DNA of 64,000 bases from Minisyncoccota bacterium (GTDB lineage Bacteria > Patescibacteriota > Minisyncoccia > Phycocordibacterales > UBA9973): contig JARLIG010000008.1 of NCBI GenBank assembly GCA_031291825.1, positions 5,674 through 69,673 of the forward strand. The letters run 5' to 3'. The notes under the pieces were generated by a model. It was not told the origin of the DNA and did no database searches. It worked only from the letters and a program-made list of their open reading frames with translations. Of this stretch, positions 44,645 through 52,550 are shown one piece after another. The position numbers and the translations under genes are program-made. The first letter of the stretch is position 1, and the number at the start of each line of letters is the position of its first letter.

Positions 44645-46234
44645 ATGCAAGAAATTAACACCCAAATATTAATTATTGATTTAGGTTCTCAATACACGGA
44701 AATAATCAGACGCAGTTTGCGTTATTTGGGATTTCGCTCAACCATAATTTCTCCGGAGGAACTTTTAGAGGCTCCAGACGTTGGACGTCTGGAAGCTTCC
44801 AGACGTCCAACGTCTGGAGCGGGAGCCAACTTGAAGAGCATTATTTTATCTGGTGGTAGCGCCAGTGTCTATGATGGAGATGCTCCTAAAATTCCAAAAG
44901 AAATATTAGATTTAGGTATTCCAATTTTGGGCATTTGTTATGGAATGCAATGGTTGGCTTATGTCAACAATCCTGACTCTGTGCATAAAGTTAAAGAGGG
45001 TAAATCATATGGTCCTGTTGAAGTGACTTTAAGCAAAAGCAAACTTTTTGAAAATTTAAGCGAAAAGAATAATGGAAAGATAAATGCATGGTCCAGCCAT
45101 GGAGATTCAGTAAAAAAAGTTCCAGCTGACTTTAGTATTATTGCTACTTCCAAAGACGGTGTAGTGATTGAAGGTATGGAGTGTCAGGCGAAAAATATTT
45201 ATGCTGTGCAGTTTCATCCAGAAGTGGAGCAAACCGAAGATGAAAATATTATTTTAAATAATTTTGCTTCAAAAATTTGTAATTGCATTTTAGATTATGA
45301 CAAAAAAAATATCATAGAAGAAATTAGAACAAATACCAAAAAAATATTAGGTAATGGCACGGCAATTATTGGAGTCTCCGGCGGAGTTGATTCTACGACC
45401 TTGGCTGCTATTTTGGCGCCAGCACTAGGTGAGCAATTGAAAGCATTTGTGATTGATACTGGCGGAATGCGCAAAGATGAAGTTGAGAGGGTAAGAGAAA
45501 TCGCTAAAAAAGCAGGTGTAAACCTGGAAGTAATTGATAGGTATAAAAATAAATTTGTGGAAAGTGTGGGGAAGAGCATTGATGCTGAAGAAAAACGTGC
45601 TCACTTTCGAGCAGTTTACGGGGAAGTATTTCAAGAAGTGGCGAAATCCTATGGTGCAACCCATATGATTCAAGGAACTTTGGCGACTGATTTGATTGAA
45701 TCTGGTGGTGCCGGAAAGTCTGCTTTAATTAAGACACATCACAATGTTGACCTTAAACTTGGATTGAAGGAAATAATACCATTGTCTGATTTTTTCAAAT
45801 TTGAAGTGCGAGAACTAGCACGTGAATTTGGATTGGAAGAATTATTAACTAATCGTCAGCCTTTCCCAGGCCCAGGTTTGTATTTGCGAATTGTTGGAGT
45901 AAAAGTCACAGAAGAATTATTGGAGATTGTTCGAGAGGCAGATTATGAAGTGACACAAATTCTAAAAAAACACAATGTTTATAAGGATATTTCTCAAACT
46001 ATTGTGGCGCTCCTCGGAGTAAATACTGTGGGAGTAAAAGGCGATGGCAGAGTCTATGGATATTCTTTGGTGGTGCGTACCGTGGAGACAATTGATTTTA
46101 TGACAGTCAAGGGATTTTACTTAGAGAAAGTTATCTGTGAAGAAATAACTAGCGCGTTGGTCAAGCATCCAAAAATTGTTCGAGTGTTTTTTGATTGGAC
46201 GACCAAACCTCCAGCAACGACTGAATTTGAATAA
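44645..46234 (+). CDS. guaA: GMP synthase (glutamine-hydrolysing) with palindrome-derived insert
   Basis: IDLGSQY, GICYGMQ, QFHPEV, SGGVDS, IKTHHNV, QPFPGPGL, KPPATTEFE. Confidence 0.96.
   Translation: MQEINTQILIIDLGSQYTEIIRRSLRYLGFRSTIISPEELLEAPDVGRLEASRRPTSGAGANLKSIILSGGSASVYDGDAPKIPKEILDLGIPILGICYGMQWLAYVNNPDSVHKVKEGKSYGPVEVTLSKSKLFENLSEKNNGKINAWSSHGDSVKKVPADFSIIATSKDGVVIEGMECQAKNIYAVQFHPEVEQTEDENIILNNFASKICNCILDYDKKNIIEEIRTNTKKILGNGTAIIGVSGGVDSTTLAAILAPALGEQLKAFVIDTGGMRKDEVERVREIAKKAGVNLEVIDRYKNKFVESVGKSIDAEEKRAHFRAVYGEVFQEVAKSYGATHMIQGTLATDLIESGGAGKSALIKTHHNVDLKLGLKEIIPLSDFFKFEVRELAREFGLEELLTNRQPFPGPGLYLRIVGVKVTEELLEIVREADYEVTQILKKHNVYKDISQTIVALLGVNTVGVKGDGRVYGYSLVVRTVETIDFMTVKGFYLEKVICEEITSALVKHPKIVRVFFDWTTKPPATTEFE
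44771..44820. repeat. Nested palindromic element, copy 3 (in-frame in guaA)
   Basis: GCTCCAGACGTTGGACGTCTGGAAGCTTCCAGACGTCCAACGTCTGGAGC, perfect 50-bp palindrome (48-bp core). Confidence 0.95.
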
Positions 46235-46247
46235 TTTTTTTTTAAAA

Positions 46248-46946
46248 ATGATTACAAAAATTTTAAAAGAGATAGAATCAAAGAAAAATAAAAAGAAAGA
46301 CAAAACGCTTTCTAGGTTTTTTAAGACGGGCAAAGGGGAATACGGAGAGGGAGATATTTTTTGGGGTTTAACTGTTCCAGTTTCCCGCCAGATTGCTTTG
46401 AAGCATAAAGATTTGCCGTTGTCAGATGTAAATTTATTGTTAAAAAACAAAGTTCACGAAGTGCGTTTGATTGGCTTACTTGTATTAGTGGATAAATATA
46501 AACGTTCGTCATTTTCTGAAAAAGAAAAAATAGCTAAATTTTACTTAAAAAATACTAAATATGTGAACAATTGGGATTTAGTTGATTTATCCTCACATTA
46601 TATTTTGGGTGATTATTTATTAAGTCAGCCTAAAAAAGATATTTTGGTTCAATTAGCAAAATCAAAAAATTTATGGGAACAAAGAATTGCTATTGTCTCC
46701 ACCTATGCATTTATTAGGCGCGAGAAGTTAGATGAAACTTTTAAAATTGCGAAGATGTTTTTAGGACATGACCATGATCTGATTCACAAGGCGACTGGTT
46801 GGATGCTTCGTGAGGCGGGTAAGAAAGATGAAAAAGCCTTGCGTAAATTTTTAGACGCCAATCTTTCTAAGATGCCTCGTACGATGCTTCGTTATGCAAT
46901 AGAAAAATTCGGAGAGGATATTCGGATGGAATATTTAAAGAAATAA
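46248..46946 (+). CDS. DNA alkylation repair protein (AlkD-like HEAT repeat)
   Basis: FFKTGKGEYGEGD, NNWDLVD, DLIHKATGWMLRE, RTMLRYAIEK; start ATG 46248. Confidence 0.9.
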   Translation: MITKILKEIESKKNKKKDKTLSRFFKTGKGEYGEGDIFWGLTVPVSRQIALKHKDLPLSDVNLLLKNKVHEVRLIGLLVLVDKYKRSSFSEKEKIAKFYLKNTKYVNNWDLVDLSSHYILGDYLLSQPKKDILVQLAKSKNLWEQRIAIVSTYAFIRREKLDETFKIAKMFLGHDHDLIHKATGWMLREAGKKDEKALRKFLDANLSKMPRTMLRYAIEKFGEDIRMEYLKK

Positions 46947-46971
46947 ATTTTTGTGATATACTGGTTTTATT

Positions 46972-47217
46972 ATGGCAGATAAAGCAATCAAAGATGATAT
47001 TAAAGACCAAACGACTAGTTATGTGACAGCAGCGCTTGGATTAGTGGCTGGTTTGGCTTGGAATGACGCAATTAAGTCTTTAATTGAGGCTGTTTTTCCG
47101 TTTGCGGCGACTGGTATTTTTGCGAAATTTCTATACGCAATCATTATAACCTTAGTAGTTGTTTTTATCAGTAGGTCAATATTACGCACATCTTCTTCAG
47201 CTACAATGAAGAAGTAG
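46972..47217 (+). CDS. Small membrane protein (DUF5654-like)
   Basis: AALGLVAGLAWNDAIKSLI, FLYAIIIT. Confidence 0.8.
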   Translation: MADKAIKDDIKDQTTSYVTAALGLVAGLAWNDAIKSLIEAVFPFAATGIFAKFLYAIIITLVVVFISRSILRTSSSATMKK

Positions 47218-47228
47218 AAATTAATTTT

Positions 47229-48896
47229 TTAAAAAATTCTCCTCAAGAGACTCATGAACCAGTTTTTGTGTATAGGTTCTATTTGAGTTATGGTAACCGG
47301 AAACACAGTTGCATTTATTGCACTGGCTATGTTTTGTACTGCTGGATTTTCTGACTTTACAATTGTTGCAACTTCCTTTTTTGGAATATTTTTAATAACT
47401 GATACAGTGTTTGTATTTTCTCCATTAATGATAGGTGGAGTCGTTTCACCTACAGATGTAATATTCATCGCAACATTTTGTTTTTCAAAAGTTTGCATTG
47501 CTTGGTTCCAAGTTTTTCCAGATAACGCAGAATTGACATAAGCAGTTTCCCAAATTTTAGTTTGAAGGTCTGCGTCTTTCACTCCACCATCAATATCTTG
47601 AATAGTGGCTAAGTAATCAAGTGGAGTTTTTGGAGCAGTGCCGTCTGTGGGTTTGGTTAACCAATCTGCTGGTTTTTCATTTTGCGCCAAAATTCCTTCT
47701 ATGGCCCAAGCGGTTGAAGAAGCATTGTCATTCCAACTGCCATCCGCCCTCTCACTTTGTTCTAAGAAATTTTCTGCATTTGCCAGAGCGTCTTTTACTT
47801 GTCCGACTTGATTGAAAGCAGATAGAGCCTCCATCGCCGCGCCAGTCATATCTACACTATCGCTATCCCAAGAGCCATCACTACCTTGTTTGCTTAATAT
47901 AAAATTTATATCACTACTTATAATTGGGTCACTCTGCGTGTATCCAGCATTTTGTAAAACGATTAGAGCAAAAATATCATCATTGTCTTCGTTTGGGTCG
48001 CCGAATTGTTTTCCGTCAAAACTCGTAACTATTTTTCCAATATAATTTTCTCCATTCGTGTCGTAAGGATTGAGTCCAAGAGCCATCAACGCCATCGCGC
48101 GTCTTTCATAGTCGGTTAAGATTGGGTTTTCCATTGTCTCTCCATCAAGATATTTTGTTAACTTTATTGTTTGTGATTCATAATTTCCTGAAGCAAGAGC
48201 TATAGCTGCCCAGTCAGTGTATAAATCTCCGTCAAAAGAACCGTCAGTTCCTTGTTGGGCAGTTAGAAAATCAAAAGCTTTTCCCGTATCAAAAGTCGGG
48301 GTAGTTGTTACTATTGGCGTAGGTATAGATGCGATTGTTGCTACTGTGGAAGGCGCTGCTGGTGTGGTTGTAGATGTATTTGAAGGAGTATTGTCGTTCA
48401 ATTGTCCGCCTCCAGAACCAACTGGAGCGGGTGGAATTAACGAATTAATATTAATTGTAACTTGGTCTCCTAAACTATTATTATTAAAATCATCAAGCTG
48501 GAACATGATCGTGTCTCCAGCAGAGATTGGTAACTCAGTTGCTCCAAAATTAGCTGAAGTGCCGTTTTGATAAATTGCCCAATATTGGCTACTGGGGTCA
48601 GCAGCCACATTATTAATTGCAGTAATAAAAAGGCCATACTGAGGATCATTTGAAAATTGTGGATTAGATATAGCACCATTATTTTCTGCTGCCTCTAGTG
48701 CACAAATGGCAAGATATGAGTTTGTAAAACCCGCTTGTGGATAATTGTGAACTACTCCGTTCGTGTCGGTGACAGAGCAACTAGATGGTACATCTACTGA
48801 GGTTGTAATATTTAACCCTGCTGCATGAACAGTATTAAAAAAACCAAAAATAACGAAACTTGCTAAAACTATAAATATACTTATTTTATTTTTCAT
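47229..48896 (-). CDS. Secreted transcobalamin-like protein: DUF4430 domain plus alpha6-alpha6 (prenyltransferase-repeat) barrel
   Basis: GLFITAINNV...YWAIYQNG...AGDTIMF; repeats QQGTDGSF, KQGSDGSW, ERADGSW; VDMTGAAMEAL; under a B12 riboswitch. Confidence 0.8.
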   Translation of the reverse strand: MKNKISIFIVLASFVIFGFFNTVHAAGLNITTSVDVPSSCSVTDTNGVVHNYPQAGFTNSYLAICALEAAENNGAISNPQFSNDPQYGLFITAINNVAADPSSQYWAIYQNGTSANFGATELPISAGDTIMFQLDDFNNNSLGDQVTININSLIPPAPVGSGGGQLNDNTPSNTSTTTPAAPSTVATIASIPTPIVTTTPTFDTGKAFDFLTAQQGTDGSFDGDLYTDWAAIALASGNYESQTIKLTKYLDGETMENPILTDYERRAMALMALGLNPYDTNGENYIGKIVTSFDGKQFGDPNEDNDDIFALIVLQNAGYTQSDPIISSDINFILSKQGSDGSWDSDSVDMTGAAMEALSAFNQVGQVKDALANAENFLEQSERADGSWNDNASSTAWAIEGILAQNEKPADWLTKPTDGTAPKTPLDYLATIQDIDGGVKDADLQTKIWETAYVNSALSGKTWNQAMQTFEKQNVAMNITSVGETTPPIINGENTNTVSVIKNIPKKEVATIVKSENPAVQNIASAINATVFPVTITQIEPIHKNWFMSLLRRIF

Positions 48897-48910
48897 GATT
48901 TAAAAACTAA

Positions 48911-49378
48911 TTAATAATCTGACTTCTCATATTTCCAAGAGACGACATCTCCAGGGTTTATCTTATAATTTGAAATACCAATTTGTGCTTCTATACCGTT
49001 CACATAGTAAATCCAAACCAAGCTATTACTATTTTTTATTCCGTTTATTTCATTTATAAATTTACCCATACTCATATAATTTTGTTCGGTGAAATTTATT
49101 TTTCCTTCACTTCGGAGCTGGCTCATAAAATCATAGACACTCATTTTCTGTGTAATGGCATCTTCATAGCTGACTCCGTTTATTTCTAAAACAGTTTCAA
49201 TTGTTTTGGTCTGGCTGACAGGTTTATTTGCTGTGGTATTTAGATTTAAATTTTCTGAAATGGCAGGAAGGTTAGTCGTCTGTTGTTTTGGAGCTCCGTG
49301 TGGAATAAAGAAAAATAATCCTAATAATATTAAAACTATGATGACCACTATAATTATTTTTATTTTTTTATTTTTCAT
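48911..49378 (-). CDS. Membrane-anchored DUF4430 (transcobalamin beta-domain-like) protein
   Basis: N-terminal TM; GKFINEINGIKN...WIYYVNG...YKINPGDVVSWKY. Confidence 0.88.
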   Translation of the reverse strand: MKNKKIKIIIVVIIVLILLGLFFFIPHGAPKQQTTNLPAISENLNLNTTANKPVSQTKTIETVLEINGVSYEDAITQKMSVYDFMSQLRSEGKINFTEQNYMSMGKFINEINGIKNSNSLVWIYYVNGIEAQIGISNYKINPGDVVSWKYEKSDY

Positions 49379-49389
49379 AAATTAAGCAC

Positions 49390-49424
49390 AAAAAAAATCC
49401 TGCCAGATAGAATCCAGAGCAGAA
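49390..49424 (-). terminator. Riboswitch-associated attenuator
   Basis: Minus strand TTCTGCTCTGGA...TCTGGCAGGA followed by T8, just before the start codon. Confidence 0.7.
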
Positions 49425-49490
49425 TTTGGGGTCCTTCAAATAAAGAGATAAATGAAGGCAAAGAGACTTTTGTCCTGCTCGGGAATACAT

Positions 49491-49594
49491 GAAACGATTG
49501 GTATTCGGACTTGTCTTCGACCTAGGTCGAAGCTTACCGTAGCGGCACTGTACTGGAATCAAACCAGTTTCCCCAATAGTTTCTTTTCGTTTTC
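49491..49594 (-). ncRNA. Cobalamin riboswitch (compact, class II-like)
   Basis: Minus strand GGGGAAACTGGTTTGATTCCAGTACAGTGCCGCTACGGTAA...AAGTCCGAATACC matches the Cbl core and B12 box; upstream of DUF4430 genes. Confidence 0.9.
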
Positions 49595-49632
49595 AAATGA
49601 ACTCACTCTAGTATATACTTACCCTATATCTT

Positions 49633-50070
49633 ATGTCAAAGAAAAGTGTGGAAACAAAAAAAAAGAAAATTATGGTCTTTGGAACTTTCGACGGTCTACA
49701 TAAAGGTCATGTTGATTTTTTTAAACAGGCTAAAAACTTCATAAAAAATTCATTTTTAATTGTTTCAATAGCTAGAGATAAAAATGTTTTAAAAATAAAA
49801 GGGGAGTATCCAAGTTTAAAAGAGGGAGAACGGGTCGCCTTAGTTGAAAGTTGTAAACTAGCTGATAAAGTTATTTTGTCTGGTACAAAAAACCATATTC
49901 CACATATTGTGAAAATCCGTCCAGATATTATTGCTCTAGGTTACGACCAAAAAGCCTATGTGAAAGATTTAAAAAAAGATTTAAAAAACAAGGGTGTTTT
50001 AGTTAAAATCATACGTCTTAAACCTTACAAGGAACATGTTTATAAGAATCACTTGCTAAAAATTAAGTGA
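49633..50070 (+). CDS. Cytidylyltransferase-family protein (RibL-type FAD synthase-like)
   Basis: FGTFDGLHKGH, IARD, PDIIALGYDQ. Confidence 0.85.
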   Translation: MSKKSVETKKKKIMVFGTFDGLHKGHVDFFKQAKNFIKNSFLIVSIARDKNVLKIKGEYPSLKEGERVALVESCKLADKVILSGTKNHIPHIVKIRPDIIALGYDQKAYVKDLKKDLKNKGVLVKIIRLKPYKEHVYKNHLLKIK

Positions 50071-50086
50071 TAAATATAATAATTAT

Positions 50087-51391
50087 ATGCAAGAAATAGA
50101 TATCATAAAATTCATCAAAAAACATTTTGCTCACACAGATTTTCTAAAGGTTTTTCTTTTTAGTTTTTTCTTCTTTCTGGTTTTCGTGTTAGTTGGGGCG
50201 GGTGTATTGTGGCATTACAGAGCCAAGGTATTTGGATTTTTAGGTAAAGAATATATGCAAGAAATTCAAAATGAAAATGCTTCCAGTGTAGGAAGTCCGA
50301 CCACTCCAGCTTTTTCACAAGATTCTTTTGTGATTGGCGCAGTAAAAAAGACTAATCCAGCCGTAGTGTCAGTGATTATTTCTGAAAATGTTCCAAAGTA
50401 TGATGAATATACTGATCCGAATCAACAAACCAATCCATTTGGAGATCTATTCCCTGGTTTTAGTTTTAACGTACCAGAATATAAACAGGATGGAACACAA
50501 AATGAAGAAGTTGGAGGTGGTTCAGGATTCTTGATTTCCAGCGATGGTTTGATTGTTACTAATAAGCATGTTGTTGACCAGACTGGAGCTACTTATACTG
50601 TTTTCACCAATGATGGAAAAAAGTATGCTGCTAAAATTGTTGCAAAAGATCCAGTACTGGATATTGCTTTGATTAAAATCACACCGCCGATTGGCGTGAG
50701 GTTTCCTTATTTGACGCTCGGTAATTCGGATAGTTTGCAGTTAGGGCAGAGTGTTATTGCTATTGGTAATGCACTCGGAGAATATAAAAATTCTGTTTCC
50801 GTTGGCGTCGTATCTGGACTATCAAGGTCTATTACGGCTGGAGATGAATCATCTGGAACTTCTGAAGTTTTAGATCACGTTATTCAGACAGACGCAGCAA
50901 TTAATCCTGGAAATTCTGGCGGTCCGTTGCTGGACTTATCTGGAGAAGTTATCGGGGTAAACGTTGCTGTGGCAGAAGGTTCACAGAGCGTTGGCTTTGC
51001 TTTGCCGATTAATAGTGTAAAGAGCGCGATTCTTTCAGTGGAAAATACTGGTAAAATCATTCGTCCATATTTAGGTGTTCGTTATGTGCAAATAGATGCA
51101 GCGATGCAACAAGCCAATAATCTTTCTGTTGCTTATGGGGCTTTGATAAAGGCTGGGGATAATGCAGACGAGTTGGCAGTAATTCCTGGTTCTCCGGCAG
51201 ATAAAGCTGGTCTCGTAGAAAACGACATCATTTTAGATGTTAACGGTGTAAAGCTAGACGACACCAACAGTCTTTCTGATGTTATTCGTGGTGACACCGT
51301 TGGACAAGTAATTACTTTGACTATCTTACACAAAGGAGTTCAAAAAACAGTCTCAGTGACTCTAGAAGCTGCACCAGATACTACTTCATAA
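50087..51391 (+). CDS. htrA: HtrA/DegP-family serine protease with PDZ domain
   Basis: GSGF, TNKHVV, DIAL, QTDAAINPGNSGGPL, SPADKAGL. Confidence 0.93.
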   Translation: MQEIDIIKFIKKHFAHTDFLKVFLFSFFFFLVFVLVGAGVLWHYRAKVFGFLGKEYMQEIQNENASSVGSPTTPAFSQDSFVIGAVKKTNPAVVSVIISENVPKYDEYTDPNQQTNPFGDLFPGFSFNVPEYKQDGTQNEEVGGGSGFLISSDGLIVTNKHVVDQTGATYTVFTNDGKKYAAKIVAKDPVLDIALIKITPPIGVRFPYLTLGNSDSLQLGQSVIAIGNALGEYKNSVSVGVVSGLSRSITAGDESSGTSEVLDHVIQTDAAINPGNSGGPLLDLSGEVIGVNVAVAEGSQSVGFALPINSVKSAILSVENTGKIIRPYLGVRYVQIDAAMQQANNLSVAYGALIKAGDNADELAVIPGSPADKAGLVENDIILDVNGVKLDDTNSLSDVIRGDTVGQVITLTILHKGVQKTVSVTLEAAPDTTS

Positions 51392-51394
51392 TGT

Positions 51395-52546
51395 TTAAAT
51401 ATCAGCCTTGCGAATAGTTGAGGCGAGGTAAACTCCAAAAAGCATCATCAACCCCAAGACGGGGAAGATGAAATTAAATTTCGGTAGAAAAATAAAAACC
51501 ATTAAGGCCACAATCGGTCCAGTAATGTAAGCCAAAGGACTTGTGCTACGGTAAATTCCGACAAATTCTTCATTTTCTGGTTTGATGTGTTTAAAAAAAT
51601 ACGAGTCACTCATGACTTCGACAGTTGCGGCGCCGACTCGAGTCAAGAAAAGCAATGCTGCCCATATCCAAATCTCTGGTTTTTGAATAAAGAACAGAGA
51701 AATGGTTGAAATAGAAATAATAAAAAATCCAACCATCAACATTTTTCTTTCACCGACCTTATCTGAATATCTTCCCATTGAAGACTCAATCAACACAAAA
51801 GGTAAGAGCATTATGGTAAAAATTATAGCAATATCTTTCCAAGTGAAACCTAAATAAGAATATAGATATATAGGTGTATAAATAATCATCCAGCAATAGA
51901 AGAACTGCAGAAGAAAATCTATACTATATGAACGTAAAAGATTTTTATTTTTTATAAAATCCTTAACATAACTTAAGATTTTTAATCTGTCGTATTTTGG
52001 GTCTGGAATATTTTTGAGTCCAAATAAAGATAATAGGAAAAATAATATCATTATAAAAAAAGCAATGATATAAATTGTTTTCAAGGGAAAATTTCCAAAA
52101 ACTGTTCCGGATAATAATTGTGCCACGACCCAAGCAAAATTACTTAAAGCAAGATAGATACCTCTAATTCTTCCAGTTGCTGATTCCTTAGAAAATATCT
52201 TTAATAATTCATCCAACGAAAAGAAAACTACGATATTTAAGGCAAAGCCAAGAACAAAAGAACATACAGCAGAAAAAGCATTAGTAGATAATGCCAACCA
52301 CAGTATCGATAGAGTATTAAGTCCAATTACTAACAATAAAAATCTATGCCCTCCAATTTTTCTAAAAACCCTTGGAGCAAACAAAAGCATCAAGATAGAA
52401 ACGAGTGAACCTAAGGTATAAACTAATCCAACAAATCTCTCACCGATAAACGGTGAGAGAAAACTGGAGTTTATATAAGACATCAACGCTATTGGAATTG
52501 ATGCCAAGAAACCCGCAAAGTATATAATTATTCTGTCACGCTTCAT
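51395..52546 (-). CDS. MFS transporter
   Basis: About 12 TMs; GRYSDKVGERK; start ATG 52546. Confidence 0.85.
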   Translation of the reverse strand: MKRDRIIIYFAGFLASIPIALMSYINSSFLSPFIGERFVGLVYTLGSLVSILMLLFAPRVFRKIGGHRFLLLVIGLNTLSILWLALSTNAFSAVCSFVLGFALNIVVFFSLDELLKIFSKESATGRIRGIYLALSNFAWVVAQLLSGTVFGNFPLKTIYIIAFFIMILFFLLSLFGLKNIPDPKYDRLKILSYVKDFIKNKNLLRSYSIDFLLQFFYCWMIIYTPIYLYSYLGFTWKDIAIIFTIMLLPFVLIESSMGRYSDKVGERKMLMVGFFIISISTISLFFIQKPEIWIWAALLFLTRVGAATVEVMSDSYFFKHIKPENEEFVGIYRSTSPLAYITGPIVALMVFIFLPKFNFIFPVLGLMMLFGVYLASTIRKADI

Positions 52547-52550
52547 ATTT

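Noticed and set aside
49368-49703. ORFs 49368..49562 and 49452..49703
   Set aside because: They overlap the cobalamin riboswitch leader and have no protein features.
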